From: Camelus ferus
Lineage: Eukaryota
Direction: 5' to 3'
DNA length: 64,000 nt
Assembly (NCBI RefSeq): GCF_009834535.1
Contig: NC_045696.1
Span: 61,940,001-62,004,000, forward strand
A model generated the notes under the pieces. The model saw only the letters and a program-made list of their open reading frames with translations, was not told where the DNA came from and searched no databases. The first letter of the stretch is position 1, and each line of letters starts with the position of its first letter. Positions 26,431-38,334 of this stretch are shown here, piece after piece. Position numbers and translations under genes: made by a program.

Positions 26431-26659
26431 TTTTTTCCAGTTGGCTGAGCCTTTTAGTTGTTGATTTCCTAATAACACAATATTGCATTCTGATCAGAGT
26501 ATTATTTGCAGTATTTCTACTTTGTGGAACTTCCTGATAGTTTCTTCTCCACAAGGTTTGAACGTGAAATAGCTTGCTATGATTTGCTGTTTACTTTCCT
26601 ATTTATCAGTAATCTGAAGCTTGGATAATACCTTTCAGTTAGGCTGAGGGTGTGTTTGT

Positions 26660-27450
26660 AAAATTTTTAAAAAACTTAAGCAAAGTAAAACATTACAAAT
26701 AAAGCTAAAGCTACAATTTCCTTCCTTCTCCTCCCAAAGGAAAACTACTGGATAGCTGCTACATATACTCCTCAAGTAGATGTGTATCACTCCCATGCAT
26801 TTTTTTTTTCTGGTGATTTTTTTTTTTAGTAGAGGTATAGGTGATGTACGATATAAGTTTCAGGTATACAACACAGTGATTAACATTTTTTAAGGTTATA
26901 TTCTATTTACAGTTATTATATTCCCTGTGCTGTACTATATATCCTCATAGCTTATTTTATATCCTTGTATGTTTTTATGTTTATGAAATATGTATCAATA
27001 AACTATATATGCTGTTTTATGTTAATTAAAGTTTATATAAATAGTGTCATCCTGTATATATCCTTTGCAACTTCATTCATTCACCATTATAATTTTGAGA
27101 TTTATTAGTATGGCTATACCTAATTAGTGAATATTCTAGTTTTACTCTAGCTGCTATATCCCAATGTATGAATAAATAACAGTTAATTATTCACTCCCCT
27201 TTGCTGATTCCAATTTTTCACTACTATAAAGTGCTACTATGAATATCCTTATACAAAATCCTTATGTGTGAATATGTATTTACATACCAAGAAGTAGAAT
27301 TTTTGAGTCACAGGTTATGTGCATTTACTGGATACTGCCAAATTATTCTCAAATTAAGTTCTATTAATTTCTATACCTATTAACAACATCTAATAAGATT
27401 TTCTATTTTCCCAAAATTCTTGTCATCACTGAACATTTTCATTTTTTCTA
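26660..27450 (-). mobile_element. Old L1ME-like 3' region with a younger L1 3' end nested at ~26800-26960
   Basis: poly(T) then gaggtata...gtttcaggtatacaacacagtgat; flanks show antisense L1 3'UTR motifs. Confidence 0.65.
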
Positions 27451-28226
27451 TTTTTAAAACTAATCAGAATTAACCAAACCTCTTATTAAAAAAGGAGCAG
27501 TTATAGATGGAAAACTGAGAGGCTGAATTACTGCTTTATATTTTGTAGGTATTTCATGACTAAGTTTTAAACTACTATAGTTTTGAAGGTAAAAGAATAA
27601 TTTGTTGATGTTTATTTTCTAGGCCCCAAGAGTGATATAAGCATAGCAGCACATCTGGAGTACAAGGTTTTGGTTCTACCATAAAGCTGCTTTAGCTCAA
27701 TGTCAATATATCACCAGACCGCTTTAAAAAAATCTGTTGCTGTTACATTGTTACTGAGTATTTTTTATACTATCTTTTATTAAATGACTATTCAGGAGAG
27801 ATTATTGTCTAGTCTCAGTATCAGGAGCAACTTACAGTTATCTTGAACACCTGGTTCATTTTTATTGATGGACAGTGCTGATCTTAGCTTCTTAATTATG
27901 CTAGATGTTGGAAAGCTAGAGCTAAACATAAAGTCTATCTCTAGCAAATGTATAGGACCTCAAAATAATAATCTCCCCTCTCAGATTCACATTATCATTC
28001 CTATTATTTTCTTTGTTGATCTTCTTAATCTACTCCATTGTGTATGCTTCTAAGCCACTTAGAAGTAAATATTTAGTTGAATAAATTCATAACATTAACA
28101 TAATCAATGTTAGAGCATTTATTTTTTTCAAAAATATGAATTATAAGCTTCTATCCCATCATTCTTTCATAGTGTGAAAGGTGCAGTTGATTAGAAACTG
28201 TATTCTGGGATCACTTTGATGCTTAC

Positions 28227-28399
28227 CTTTTCTGCTACTTCTCGCACAGACTGAACACTTGTTCCATACAGATGATTGTTATACTGGCCAGCTTCAATGA
28301 ATTTATGTTCCTGGATATCTTTTTCCATTTGCTCTCTTGAAGTCACAAAATGATAATCTCTTCCATCTACCTCATAATCTCGTTTTGGTCTAGTTGTAT
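28227..28399 (-). CDS. DLG1: DLG1 exon, GUK ([58 protein letters not shown])
   Basis: 173 nt, aag|AT...AAG|gtaagc, phase 1->0; contained in track ORF 28191..28445. Confidence 0.98.
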
Positions 28400-28655
28400 C
28401 TTTAACAGAAAAAAACTTGAGGAAGTGTTTAATATTAAAAAGCACAACAAATCCATTTGCTACTTAAAGAATTGTTTTATAAAGTTCAATACAACAGAGA
28501 TTGATTTAAATTTGAAAAAGGACAATAATATAGAGGATGGAGGAATAACTGATAGAATAAGTAAAACCATTAAAAAATGGTAATGTTTACTTTTACCACA
28601 CACAATAACAAAATGTTAAGAACAAGAATTAATAATTTTTATGCGGGTTACTCAC

Positions 28656-28757
28656 GAGGAACACATGATCCAAATTTGTCAGGAAATTCTGAGATCAAGT
28701 CATCATTTATCCTGTCTTTCATCGGTCCCAATATGATCACTGGTCGAGTATAATTAA
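28656..28757 (-). CDS. DLG1: DLG1 exon, start of guanylate kinase-like domain ([35 protein letters not shown])
   Basis: 102 nt, tag|TT...CCTC|gtgagt, phase 1->1. Confidence 0.97.
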
Positions 28758-29111
28758 CTATAAAAATACACTCCATGTTAAGAGGAATAAATGCTCAACA
28801 AACATGAATACATTTTATTTCATTAGAAAACAAAAGTACCCTTAACTGTTAATTTCTTTCTTTTTTCTTTCTCCACCAATGATGGCTAGCTTGATAATTT
28901 ACAAACCTTTTTATTAAGATCTTAAACCTTAGTCAGTCTTCTTTTGGAAGTCATACACTTAGATAATTCAACCAAGTTACGTTCAGCATTTTAGCAGATA
29001 ATGTTTATATATATTGCTACTATCATCAAACACTGCTCCTTTTTGAAGTAGAAATTGTAAGGAAGCAGATCAGAAAATGGCAAAAGAGAAACTGGGTATA
29101 AGAAGTGATGT

Positions 29112-29222
29112 GGGGGGAGGGTATAGTTCAGTGGTAGAGTGTGTGCTTAGCATGCACGATGCCCTGGGTTCAGTTTCCAGTGGCTTCTCGAAAAATAAAT
29201 AAACCTAATTACCACCCCCCAA
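29112..29222 (+). mobile_element. tRNA-Ala-derived SINE (Vic-1-like)
   Basis: ggggagggtatagttcagtggtagag...ctgggttca A and B boxes; approximate TSD agaagtgatgt/aaaggtgatat. Confidence 0.9.
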
Positions 29223-29266
29223 AGGTGATATAATAAGATTGTAAAACATCAACAGGCTTCACAAAC

Positions 29267-29317
29267 CTTCTTGTTGATTCACTGGTTCATATGATAAGAC
29301 ATATTCTTCTTGACCAC
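29267..29317 (-). CDS. DLG1: DLG1 exon (R-GQEEYVLSYEPVNQQE-V)
   Basis: 51 nt, tag|GT...GAAG|gtttgt, phase 1->1. Confidence 0.96.
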
Positions 29318-30774
29318 CTATTAGAAAGTTAAAATACAGATAAGAAAATCTATAAAGATAACTACTACTAATTTAATTCTTATATAACATATAACTTACT
29401 AGAACTTTCCTGAGAAAATAGGAAAGATATAAAAAAGGTACTCTACAAACTAATTATGGCAGGATTTAGGGAAAAAGGTGACAAATTATAAAGTTTGATA
29501 AATATAAAAACAAAATATAAATGTGCTATTTAATAACTACCTTTCTGTTATTCTGTATTTTACAGATTATATCTATTTAAAATATATATTTCTCATTATA
29601 TCTATTTAAAATCTTCACTTGTGATGCCAAGTATATGCTATTAATTTTTTACTTAGACTCTAAGAACTATTAAGTCTTTTAATGATTCATGCTTTAGCAA
29701 GCAGTTCTATATATATGCATATTAGGTAATTTACTGTTATTAAAAATATGATGCTTTTCTGATCGTACCAGGTATATTTAATACCACACATGTATTTTTA
29801 TAATTACAACCAACTTCCAACCAAAAACTTCTAATGCAAAGGTAAAACTAGTGTCACTATTTCACTGATAAAGACTTCTGATTATTATAATAATTCATTT
29901 ATTCAATTAAAAAATATTTTGGGTCAAAAAAAGCTTTGGATAAAACTAAATCCTTCCCTTTTAACAAAATGAATCACACAGATAGTAAAGGAGAAAAAAT
30001 ACATTTTACTTTGATCTTGAAAGTACTTTAGAGGTTAAATTAAATCCTCTAAGAGGGTTAGAGCTTAAGAGTATCTTAAATAGAAAAGTCTACAAATTAT
30101 ATCTCGATTCAATGAAAATAACTAAAAAAGGGTTAAAAATTTCAATTCTTAACACACATACACACACACACACGTGTAAAAAAACAAGCCAGGAACAATT
30201 GTTCAATTCAAGTGGTTCAATGAACTCAATCAATGTTGGATAACATATTGGAAGACTTTCTCCTCGATTATGATGATTCTATAACAATATTTTCACTAAA
30301 TTTGTTGCTAGTTTATATTATATGTATGCAGCTGTAAACCTTTTACATTCATATAATGGTACAAATATTCTTTTCTGCTTTAAAAGTATATTTTGTTGTT
30401 TTCAAATTTAATACATAAAATACATATATTTACAAGCTGCTTTTTAAAGTACTGCATGTAAAACATGTTTTAAATATTGGCAAAAACATGCAATTTGAAT
30501 ATTCCACACGTAATAATTCATGCAAATGGTGAGACAGACAGTATATACTTTCATTACCTCTTTTTAGTCTAGAAAGCTACTTAACTACTCTCTAGTGAGT
30601 TCTGATTGTAAGTTAACAGAATGCTAAAATACAAGAAATCACATTCCCACAGCAAAAAAGAAAATCATCAAGCAACTATTACGCAGAAAAATAACAACCA
30701 ATCAAATGAATGAGGGTTAAAAGTATATATTGTCAACATGGAAAATATTAGAGACTGATATTAACAGGATGGAC

Positions 30775-30810
30775 CTTTTGAGCAGCCATACTCATCTGTA
30801 ATCAAGATTA
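30775..30810 (-). CDS. DLG1: DLG1 alternative microexon I4 (L-ILITDEYGCSK-G)
   Basis: 36 nt, aag|TA...AAAG|gtccat, phase 1->1; matches recalled I4 insert. Confidence 0.9.
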
Positions 30811-31142
30811 CTTTCATATTAGACAGCAGTAAAAAAAAAAAAAGTTAGAAAAGCAATTTTAATTTTTAAAGCGTTACAACTGATAATATTCATATACCCT
30901 CCCCTCCACCCATGCCCAAATATATTTAAAAACTTCACACGCTTATACAGTTCACTTAATAATATAATATTAAGACTGTAACATAGGAACCAAAAAAGAA
31001 ATCAGTAATCCTATTTGAGCAACTGTTGAAAATTTTCCCTTCATTGTTTCTTATGTTCACCAAAAGGTGTTGATAAACAATAACTTGACCCACACTAGTA
31101 CTAGTAACACAGAATAAAAAAAGGAAATAAAACTAATTATAA

Positions 31143-31300
31143 GGGAGGGGGGTATAGCTTAGTGGTAGAGTGTGTGCTTAGCACATACGAGGTCCTGGGT
31201 TCAATCTCTAGTACCTCCATTAAGTAAACAAACAAACAAACAAACAAACAAGCCTAAATATCACACCTCAAAATAATTTTAAAAAAAGAAAAATTTGTGT
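31143..31300 (+). mobile_element. tRNA-Ala-derived SINE (Vic-1-like) with (AAAC)n tract
   Basis: ggtatagcttagtggtagag...ggtcctgggttcaatctctagtacctcca. Confidence 0.9.
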
Positions 31301-31590
31301 TAAAAATTAATCATGAAAAAAACTATAATTTAGCACTACTGAAAACTATTTTAATGCTCATGTTAGAAAATAGAATTACTAAATAAATGGCAAAATACAA
31401 GTTTACACCTCATTTAAATAGATATTTGCATCTTATAAAAGATACAAACACACACACATAGCGTGTATACAAACAGCCTAGTCTGTAAAATGAATTTTTG
31501 TATTTTATTACAATTTTGGAAATTAAATTTGTACAAAAACCTCAAAGGATTTATTACTAGAGATAACAGAAGAACAAATAAAACACTTAC

Positions 31591-31632
31591 GGTAACTACT
31601 TTCGCTATCGCTGGCATTAGAAGTTACATGTT
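31591..31632 (-). CDS. DLG1: DLG1 exon I5 (HVTSNASDSESSY)
   Basis: 42 nt, cag|AA...TACC|gtaagt, phase 1->1. Confidence 0.96.
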
Positions 31633-33139
31633 CTGAAATTACAGCACAATGGAAGAAATAAAGAAAATAGTGTCATGAGTTTAAAAAAAGCAAATTACCA
31701 AAATAAACACAAGGTGACATAACAAAACGTCGAAATATAAACCACACATACCTGAAGAGTTTTTAAAAACATTTTGATTATCTTTGAAAATTTAATTATT
31801 TCAAATAAATGAATATGAATTAGCAAGGAAAAAATTTGATCTGTAGTCAAGGACAATGCCTCATTTCTGTTCAATACAGTTTATGAACAAAAATCCATCA
31901 CAAATAATAAGTAGAATATGACAAAGAGGGCAAAGTAATCCTAAATTAGTGCAACTGTAGACTTAAAACCCCAAAGAGAAAATGTCATCGGCACCATTTA
32001 ATTTGGATTCTGAGACTAACAAAAGAAAACAAGTTATATCTGAGCAAACAGATGCCCATTTTAATGAAGAGATATCTTAAAAAGTAAATAGATATCTTGC
32101 TTTTAGTTCAGCTTCTTTCTTGTTCCTGAAGAGAAATGAGAATCCATGTCTGAGATCATACAGATAAAGCATTTCGGATGCCATAGATTCAGATGACTCA
32201 AAAAAAAAAAAAAGTCAAATGGAATGGAATTCTAGAAGGTGGGATTGTATTTTAAAGTAGACTAATATTTCTGAGAAACTGTGCTTCAATACAATTGACA
32301 AAGGTTGCTTTGTAAAACAAAAACACACCCATTTGCCTGGCCCCTCCTTCAAAGTGGCCCCCATTTCATAACTTGATTGTTCAGTAAATACCCAGCACTC
32401 TTCTCATGTAAATGTAATCTCTTGTGTTCCCACAATAAGTGTCTCCTTCGAATTAAAAAAATGGGTCATTTTATCTATAAAGACCAAATAACAAAATTTT
32501 CCACAGGAGAGAGGTGAATCTGAATTTCTTATGTCAGGCAAAGGAAAAAGGAATTTAAAGGATAAAGTTTGAGGAGGAATATCTGCTGTACCATACCACC
32601 CACAGTCTCCTATAATCAAGTAGTACTACTGAAAAGTTCAGAGAATGGCAGAACTTAAGATTTCACATAAAGATCACAGTTCTTGAATTGCTGTCATAGT
32701 GAAAAATAAGTCTGTTATTCTAACCTGCAAAGACAAGATACACATTTCTTAATCATCTTATGTATATTTTAAATATATCAGGAACATCGAAAATTCTAAG
32801 ACTGATGACAAGCACATGTAAAATGGTGTTTTTTTAAAGTTTATATTTAAAAATTTCCCATGTTACCACATGGACTTCAAAAGGATCATTTAAAATTATT
32901 GTATAATATTCTGACTGTTAAATCACGATTTGCCTTAATACTAATTACCTAGACATTTTAGTTTGCTTTAAATGGTCTTCTACAAACATCAACAAATTAT
33001 TATGACTGTTTTCATTTATATGGCTTTCACCTTCTGTCCTATTTCCTTAAAATTCATTCCCAGAAGTAGGAATGCCAAAAAGAAAAAAAAGTTCTTAAAT
33101 TTATACTAGAATTGGTATTACACTCTGCAATCTCTAATA

Positions 33140-34560
33140 TGTAAGAGAAAGAAACATTAATTATTGCAACGGAGTGAGTGGAGGGGGAAGAGTAGAAGTA
33201 CAGAAGAAACAAAATTAACCATGAGATGACAATTATAGAAGTTGGGTAAATGAATATTTGTGGGGTTTATTTTACTATTTCTCTATTATTGAAAGTCTGA
33301 CATGTTATATAATAAAAAGTTAAAGTTACTGCAATCTCTTTTCTGGGGATTTCTCCTACTTGAGTTCGCTAAGATCATCGATAGCTATGAAGCAATCAAA
33401 TTCTTCAAGTTTATTTAACGTATCCGGTAACTCCTCTACAATAAAATCTTACTACTTAAAGTACTGCCCTTGGAACACCATCATCATCCTTGCCTGGGAG
33501 CTTATTAGAAAGGTAAAATGCTTTTCCCCTCAAAATTAAAAATAGTCTTTTTCATGGTGGTTCATCAAAGATGACATTAAAATACTCAATAAACATATAA
33601 AAAAAGAGTTCAATCCTATTACTTATCAGGCAAATACAAATTAAAACTACAACAGATATCTCTATCATTCAGCAGAATGACCAAAATGATAAAACAAAAC
33701 CAAAACCTATTTGTCAAGTATCTGTTCCAGTAGCAACTGGAACTCATATACTTCTGGGGGTAGGGGTGGTACAAATTGGCATAACCACTTTAGAACACTA
33801 CTTGGGCAATACCTACTACAGTCTAACATATTTATAGATCTGTGACCCAGCAATTCATTTCCTAAGTATTTTCCGAACAGAAAGGCATATGTATGCTCAC
33901 AAAAAGTATAAAAATGTTCAAGCAACAATATTCAAAATAGCCCTTAATGTTTATTTACAAATGTAAGAAATATTGTACAGTTTCATAGTTTACTTTTTTC
34001 ACTTACACTGTGAACATTTTTTCTGTATCTTTATGTTTTAATATGATTTTCAATGGTTATAAAATATATAATATGTGGATAAATCATACTTCATTAACCA
34101 TTTCTCAATTGTAAGACACTTTAGGATTATTTCAGCTTTTTTGTGGGGGGCTATAATTTCTAAATAATATTAGACAAAACATCCTGACATATACACCTTT
34201 GTTTCCATCTCTGATTACATCCTTAGGATAAATTCCTTGAAGAGGATTTAGCAGGTCAAAAGATACGCTTTTCAAAAAAAAATTGTACCAATTTACACTC
34301 CCAATAGTAATATGTTAAAATTAGCCATTCCACAGAACCCTCTTCATCACTGGGTTCTCCTTTAAAAGAAAAGTTTGCCAAAATGATGCATAAAACATGT
34401 CATTTTGTATATTAAACTACTAAAGATGTTAAACACTTTTTTAGATGCTTATTTCATTTGCTTATCTTTTCAGCACTCTTCTCATATCCTTTGTCCAGTT
34501 TTCTAAGGGAGAGTTAGTCTGTTTCTTATTGATCTGTTAGAAATTTATAGTTTAAGGATA
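33140..34560. mobile_element. Cluster of ancient L1ME fragments in both orientations plus a MER5A-like piece (~33450-33520)
   Basis: caaatacaaattaaaactacaa, gcaactggaactcatatac (plus); taggataaattcct..., ccaatttacactcc (minus); cctgggagcttattagaaa. Confidence 0.55.
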
Positions 34561-36130
34561 TTGTCATTTTGACACAGATGATATAAACAGATTCTTAAAG
34601 TTTTAATTTTTGTTTATAATGTTTGATGATCACAACTATTTCAAATCTTTCTAAGTCTCACCTTTCTAGTCAAACATTTCTTTCTGAGACTATATCATGT
34701 GTTATCTCTTTGCTCTCATTAAATACTACACATCATCAGTCTCAAACAATACGACTACTCTTAACGCTTATTCCTAACACAAATGAAAATAAGTCTGGTT
34801 CAGAATCTAACAGCTCTGCACAACTCTCCTTAAATAAGTCTTTAAGATGTAACAGGAAACCTGGAAGTTTTTGAGGTGTTCTACAAAATGGAAAGCTATA
34901 AAAATAAACTGCATACAAAAGGCAGGTACAAACCTTGTCTGAAACTGTATGTCATGATTTCATTTCTGAGCACCTTATATAAGTGCTACCGAACCATGCG
35001 TACTTTTAGTTTCTGTTAAAGTAATCTTCAGTTTTTCTCTTGAATTTTTTCAAAATTGCCTTCTCAAAGAATAAAAGAACACAGGTTTCTATTTCTAGAT
35101 TTTTTCACAAGCTATTATGATTTAGCTGCATCCTCCCAGAATTCCATCATACTCTTAACTAAATCTGTTAGTCAAAATTAGGTTTGGAAATGCAGTTTCT
35201 CCTATTGTTTCCTCTACCGTCAACAGGGCAAATCAACAATTTATTTGATTCTCTTCTTGGTAGAATCACTGAATTCATGTCTATGAAAAGTATTCTAGGG
35301 AATCACTTTTGTTTGTCTGCTCTTTTAATTAAATACCCTATTTTTCATAGGTTGTGTGAAATTACATACAGATGTACGTATTTCTTTATATTCAGTGTTA
35401 TTCCACATCTCTTTAACAGGTTTATCTGGAATAACTTGTCTTGTTCTCAATCCCTTCATGAGTCCTGTTCCAAAAGGCTTAATAGATACCAATATGAGGG
35501 CACATTTATTTTCTTATATTAAAATCTCACAGGATTTTGCTTAGTTTATTCCCTGTATCCTGAACCTCAGAATACAGATAACTGAGTCCATAAATAATGC
35601 TCTTGACCCACTCTTCTTTCTAGCATTTTCCACTATATAATAAAAGCCTTTTGTCAGCAGCTAGTAATTTTAAGTGATAACCTCAATCCCAGTTTTAGAA
35701 TTTTAGTGATATTTTTCTGTCCCCATCAACATTTTCTACGTAAAATCTTGACCTGATCAAGTTACCAGGTTTCAAGTCTTTCAGTTCCTGTGAGATGAAG
35801 CACAGAAACCTACCATTCAAGAGATCTTAAATCACTGATTAGAAAAATTAAATCAATGACATTGGTAATCAGTTATCATTTTTGTGTCTCCTCCCAAGTC
35901 ACAAATCTCAATTAAAATGAGAGATGAAAATATGGTGTAGTCAAGGTGTAATTATCTATTATACAAATATCAATATATGAACCAAATTCTTCATTTAGTT
36001 CCTTTTTTCATGAGTTTTCCATAGGTCTCTGATGACCCATCAGACAACAAAAATCTTTGGGTTCATTTGCTGATCCATACCACCTCATGATCATTCTTAA
36101 ATTCTATAGCATTAGGAATCTGCAGAAACA

Positions 36131-36226
36131 GGGTGGGATACAGGTCAGTGGCAGAGTGCATGCTTAGCATGCATTAGGTCCTGGGTTCAATTCCCAGTAC
36201 TTCCATTAACAACAACAACAACAAAA
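36131..36226 (+). mobile_element. tRNA-Ala-derived SINE (Vic-1-like), short form with (AAC)n tail
   Basis: tRNA-like head; imperfect TSD ggaatctgcagaaa/agaatcagtagaaa. Confidence 0.88.
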
Positions 36227-37514
36227 GAATCAGTAGAAATATTTCCCAGTTTTTGAAGATTTTCACTGATAATTTTTCCCAGAGGCAAGAGATTGAAGAA
36301 GTGTACCACTAGTTGACAGTAAATTTGTGGTTCTTAACAAATCCTAAAAAAAATCCTATTATATTCTGTATAATATAAATAATTACATATAAAACATTGT
36401 CTTTAATCTAATATAAATCTTTAACATTTAAAGCTGAAATAAAACTCAAGTATCTATAGCTGAGATTAAAAGTGCAGTATAAAGTTAATATAAATCAGGA
36501 GAAAAATCTATGAAATTTAATGTTTATTAACGTAAATCTTGGAAAGTTAAGATACTGACTATATCCTTAATGATCAATGAATTATAAAGAAGTTTTCAAA
36601 ATGCTTAATAATGCAAATAGAAAGAACTATTTAGAAAAAAACTTTAGCCTAAAAGGTTACTCCTGTGAGTCACTGTCACCTAAAAAAAATTCGTAATATT
36701 TGGTAAAATTTTACATTTAATCAATTTGAAAGCACCCATATTCAAAATTTTGTTTCTTAAAATGACTTTTTATTTCATTCATAATTCCAACATTTATTGA
36801 ATGACTCCTACATATCAGACTGTATAAAGCTTTATATGAAGATTAAACACTAGCTAGAAAATTAAACAGGAACATAACAAAAACAAAAAACAGAGACAAC
36901 ATCCTGGTTAAAGGAAAGACAAAGGATAATATTTCTTATAATTCTTAACTTAAAACTTACTTAAAAAATATAGTTTTCCTACTACAAAGACTGCTACTTG
37001 AACTTGAGTTCCACAATTCTCTAATATTTAAGATCTGTTGTGTTTTATAGTTTCACATTATAGCAAGGCTTTTCTAACAAAGACTCAAGGCAATTTAAAC
37101 ATGTTTTAACAAAAAAAAGGGGGGAAGATAAAACTGCAAGGAAGATTATTGTCTATCTTCTAATAATAAGGGCAGGTAGTACTATTTTAAAAAACATTTA
37201 AAAAGTCTTTCTTTATACTGAAAAAAATTCCTAGAGAAAGTAATTGCCATAAAAATTACAAAAAGGAAAATGCGATTATAAGCAGAGAGTTTTTCAAATG
37301 ACATGTGAAAAATGGAGCATTGGAAATATAAAAGGTGTGTATTACAGAAATAAAAATCCCAAGCATATTATTAACATGAAAAATCTAAAAGCAATCTAAA
37401 TCATATACCTCCTCATGCCAGAAGGGCACTACCATGAATCTCAAAATGTATCTGAAAAAGGTAGGTCTGTAGACGGAGGTTAAAAAATAACTTGGGAGTA
37501 TTTTGATCACTTAC

Positions 37515-37548
37515 TCAGGCCTTTTGATCCCATGTCGTCAGGGATCTC
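37515..37548 (-). CDS. DLG1: DLG1 alternative exon I2 (EIPDDMGSKGL-K)
   Basis: 34 nt, cag|GAG...TGA|gtaagt, phase 0->1; matches known I2 peptide. Confidence 0.96.
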
Positions 37549-38234
37549 CTGTAGAGAGTAGTTCCCAGAGAGCAAGCAATAAAAAGATAATCAAAGAAAA
37601 TAGTTGTCAGTAATGCATAAAATTGGTGCTACAATTAGAGACAGTTCCAAGACCATTACAGGTACATATATCTTACAGAGCATTTTTGTAGATTTCTGAA
37701 AGTTTAAAACAAGCTAGTACTGAATGTAATCTACTAAAATAATGGAAGTTTTATCCGGGAGGCTGATTAAGGTAGAGAAGCAAGATTTTAGACTATTTCT
37801 TGCTATCTTAAAAGTAAAATTCAGAATGCCTACATATAATAAAGAAATAGGATAAAATGGAATAATTTGAGAAGATTTATTACCAAAGACTGGCAATGCT
37901 ATACCTAGAAATCAGTAAGTAGCTTTTCAGGTATTCATGTTTTTCCTCTAAAATATTCTTTGATAGTATGTTAAGTGTTTCTTATAAGAATTTTTACATA
38001 GAATAATTCTATTTTAAACATGTACCTTAAAAATACTGTTTACTTTAAGTTAGGAATTCCTAAGGTGCCAGAAAAAGTTAAGATTGGTATACAGATTAAT
38101 TTATGTCTGTCCTTGGTTAAGATAATTAGTAACCTGTTGCAGCTCTTGAAACTGTCTCCATGGTAACAACCAACTGCAGGGCAGTAGGTCCCTCTACATT
38201 TATCTTCAGTTGACCACTGGATCCACATACTTAC

Positions 38235-38334
38235 GGTCAGCATCACTTGTTTCCTGTTCACTCTGGTCCTTGTTCTTGTAGAAGGGGAATTTTCGGGAAA
38301 AGAGGTTCTTTTTACGCTTGTCATTGAATGACTG
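38235..38334 (-). CDS. DLG1: DLG1 alternative exon I3 (QSFNDKRKKNLFSRKFPFYKNKDQSEQETSDAD-Q), protein 4.1-binding insert
   Basis: 100 nt, cag|CAG...ACC|gtaagt, phase 0->1; matches known I3 peptide. Confidence 0.96.

Noticed and set aside
29112..29190. tRNA-Ala genes (also at 21.7, 31.1, 36.1, 39.9 and 55.4 kb)
   Set aside because: Stems broken by CpG decay, with A-rich tails and TSDs: these are SINEs
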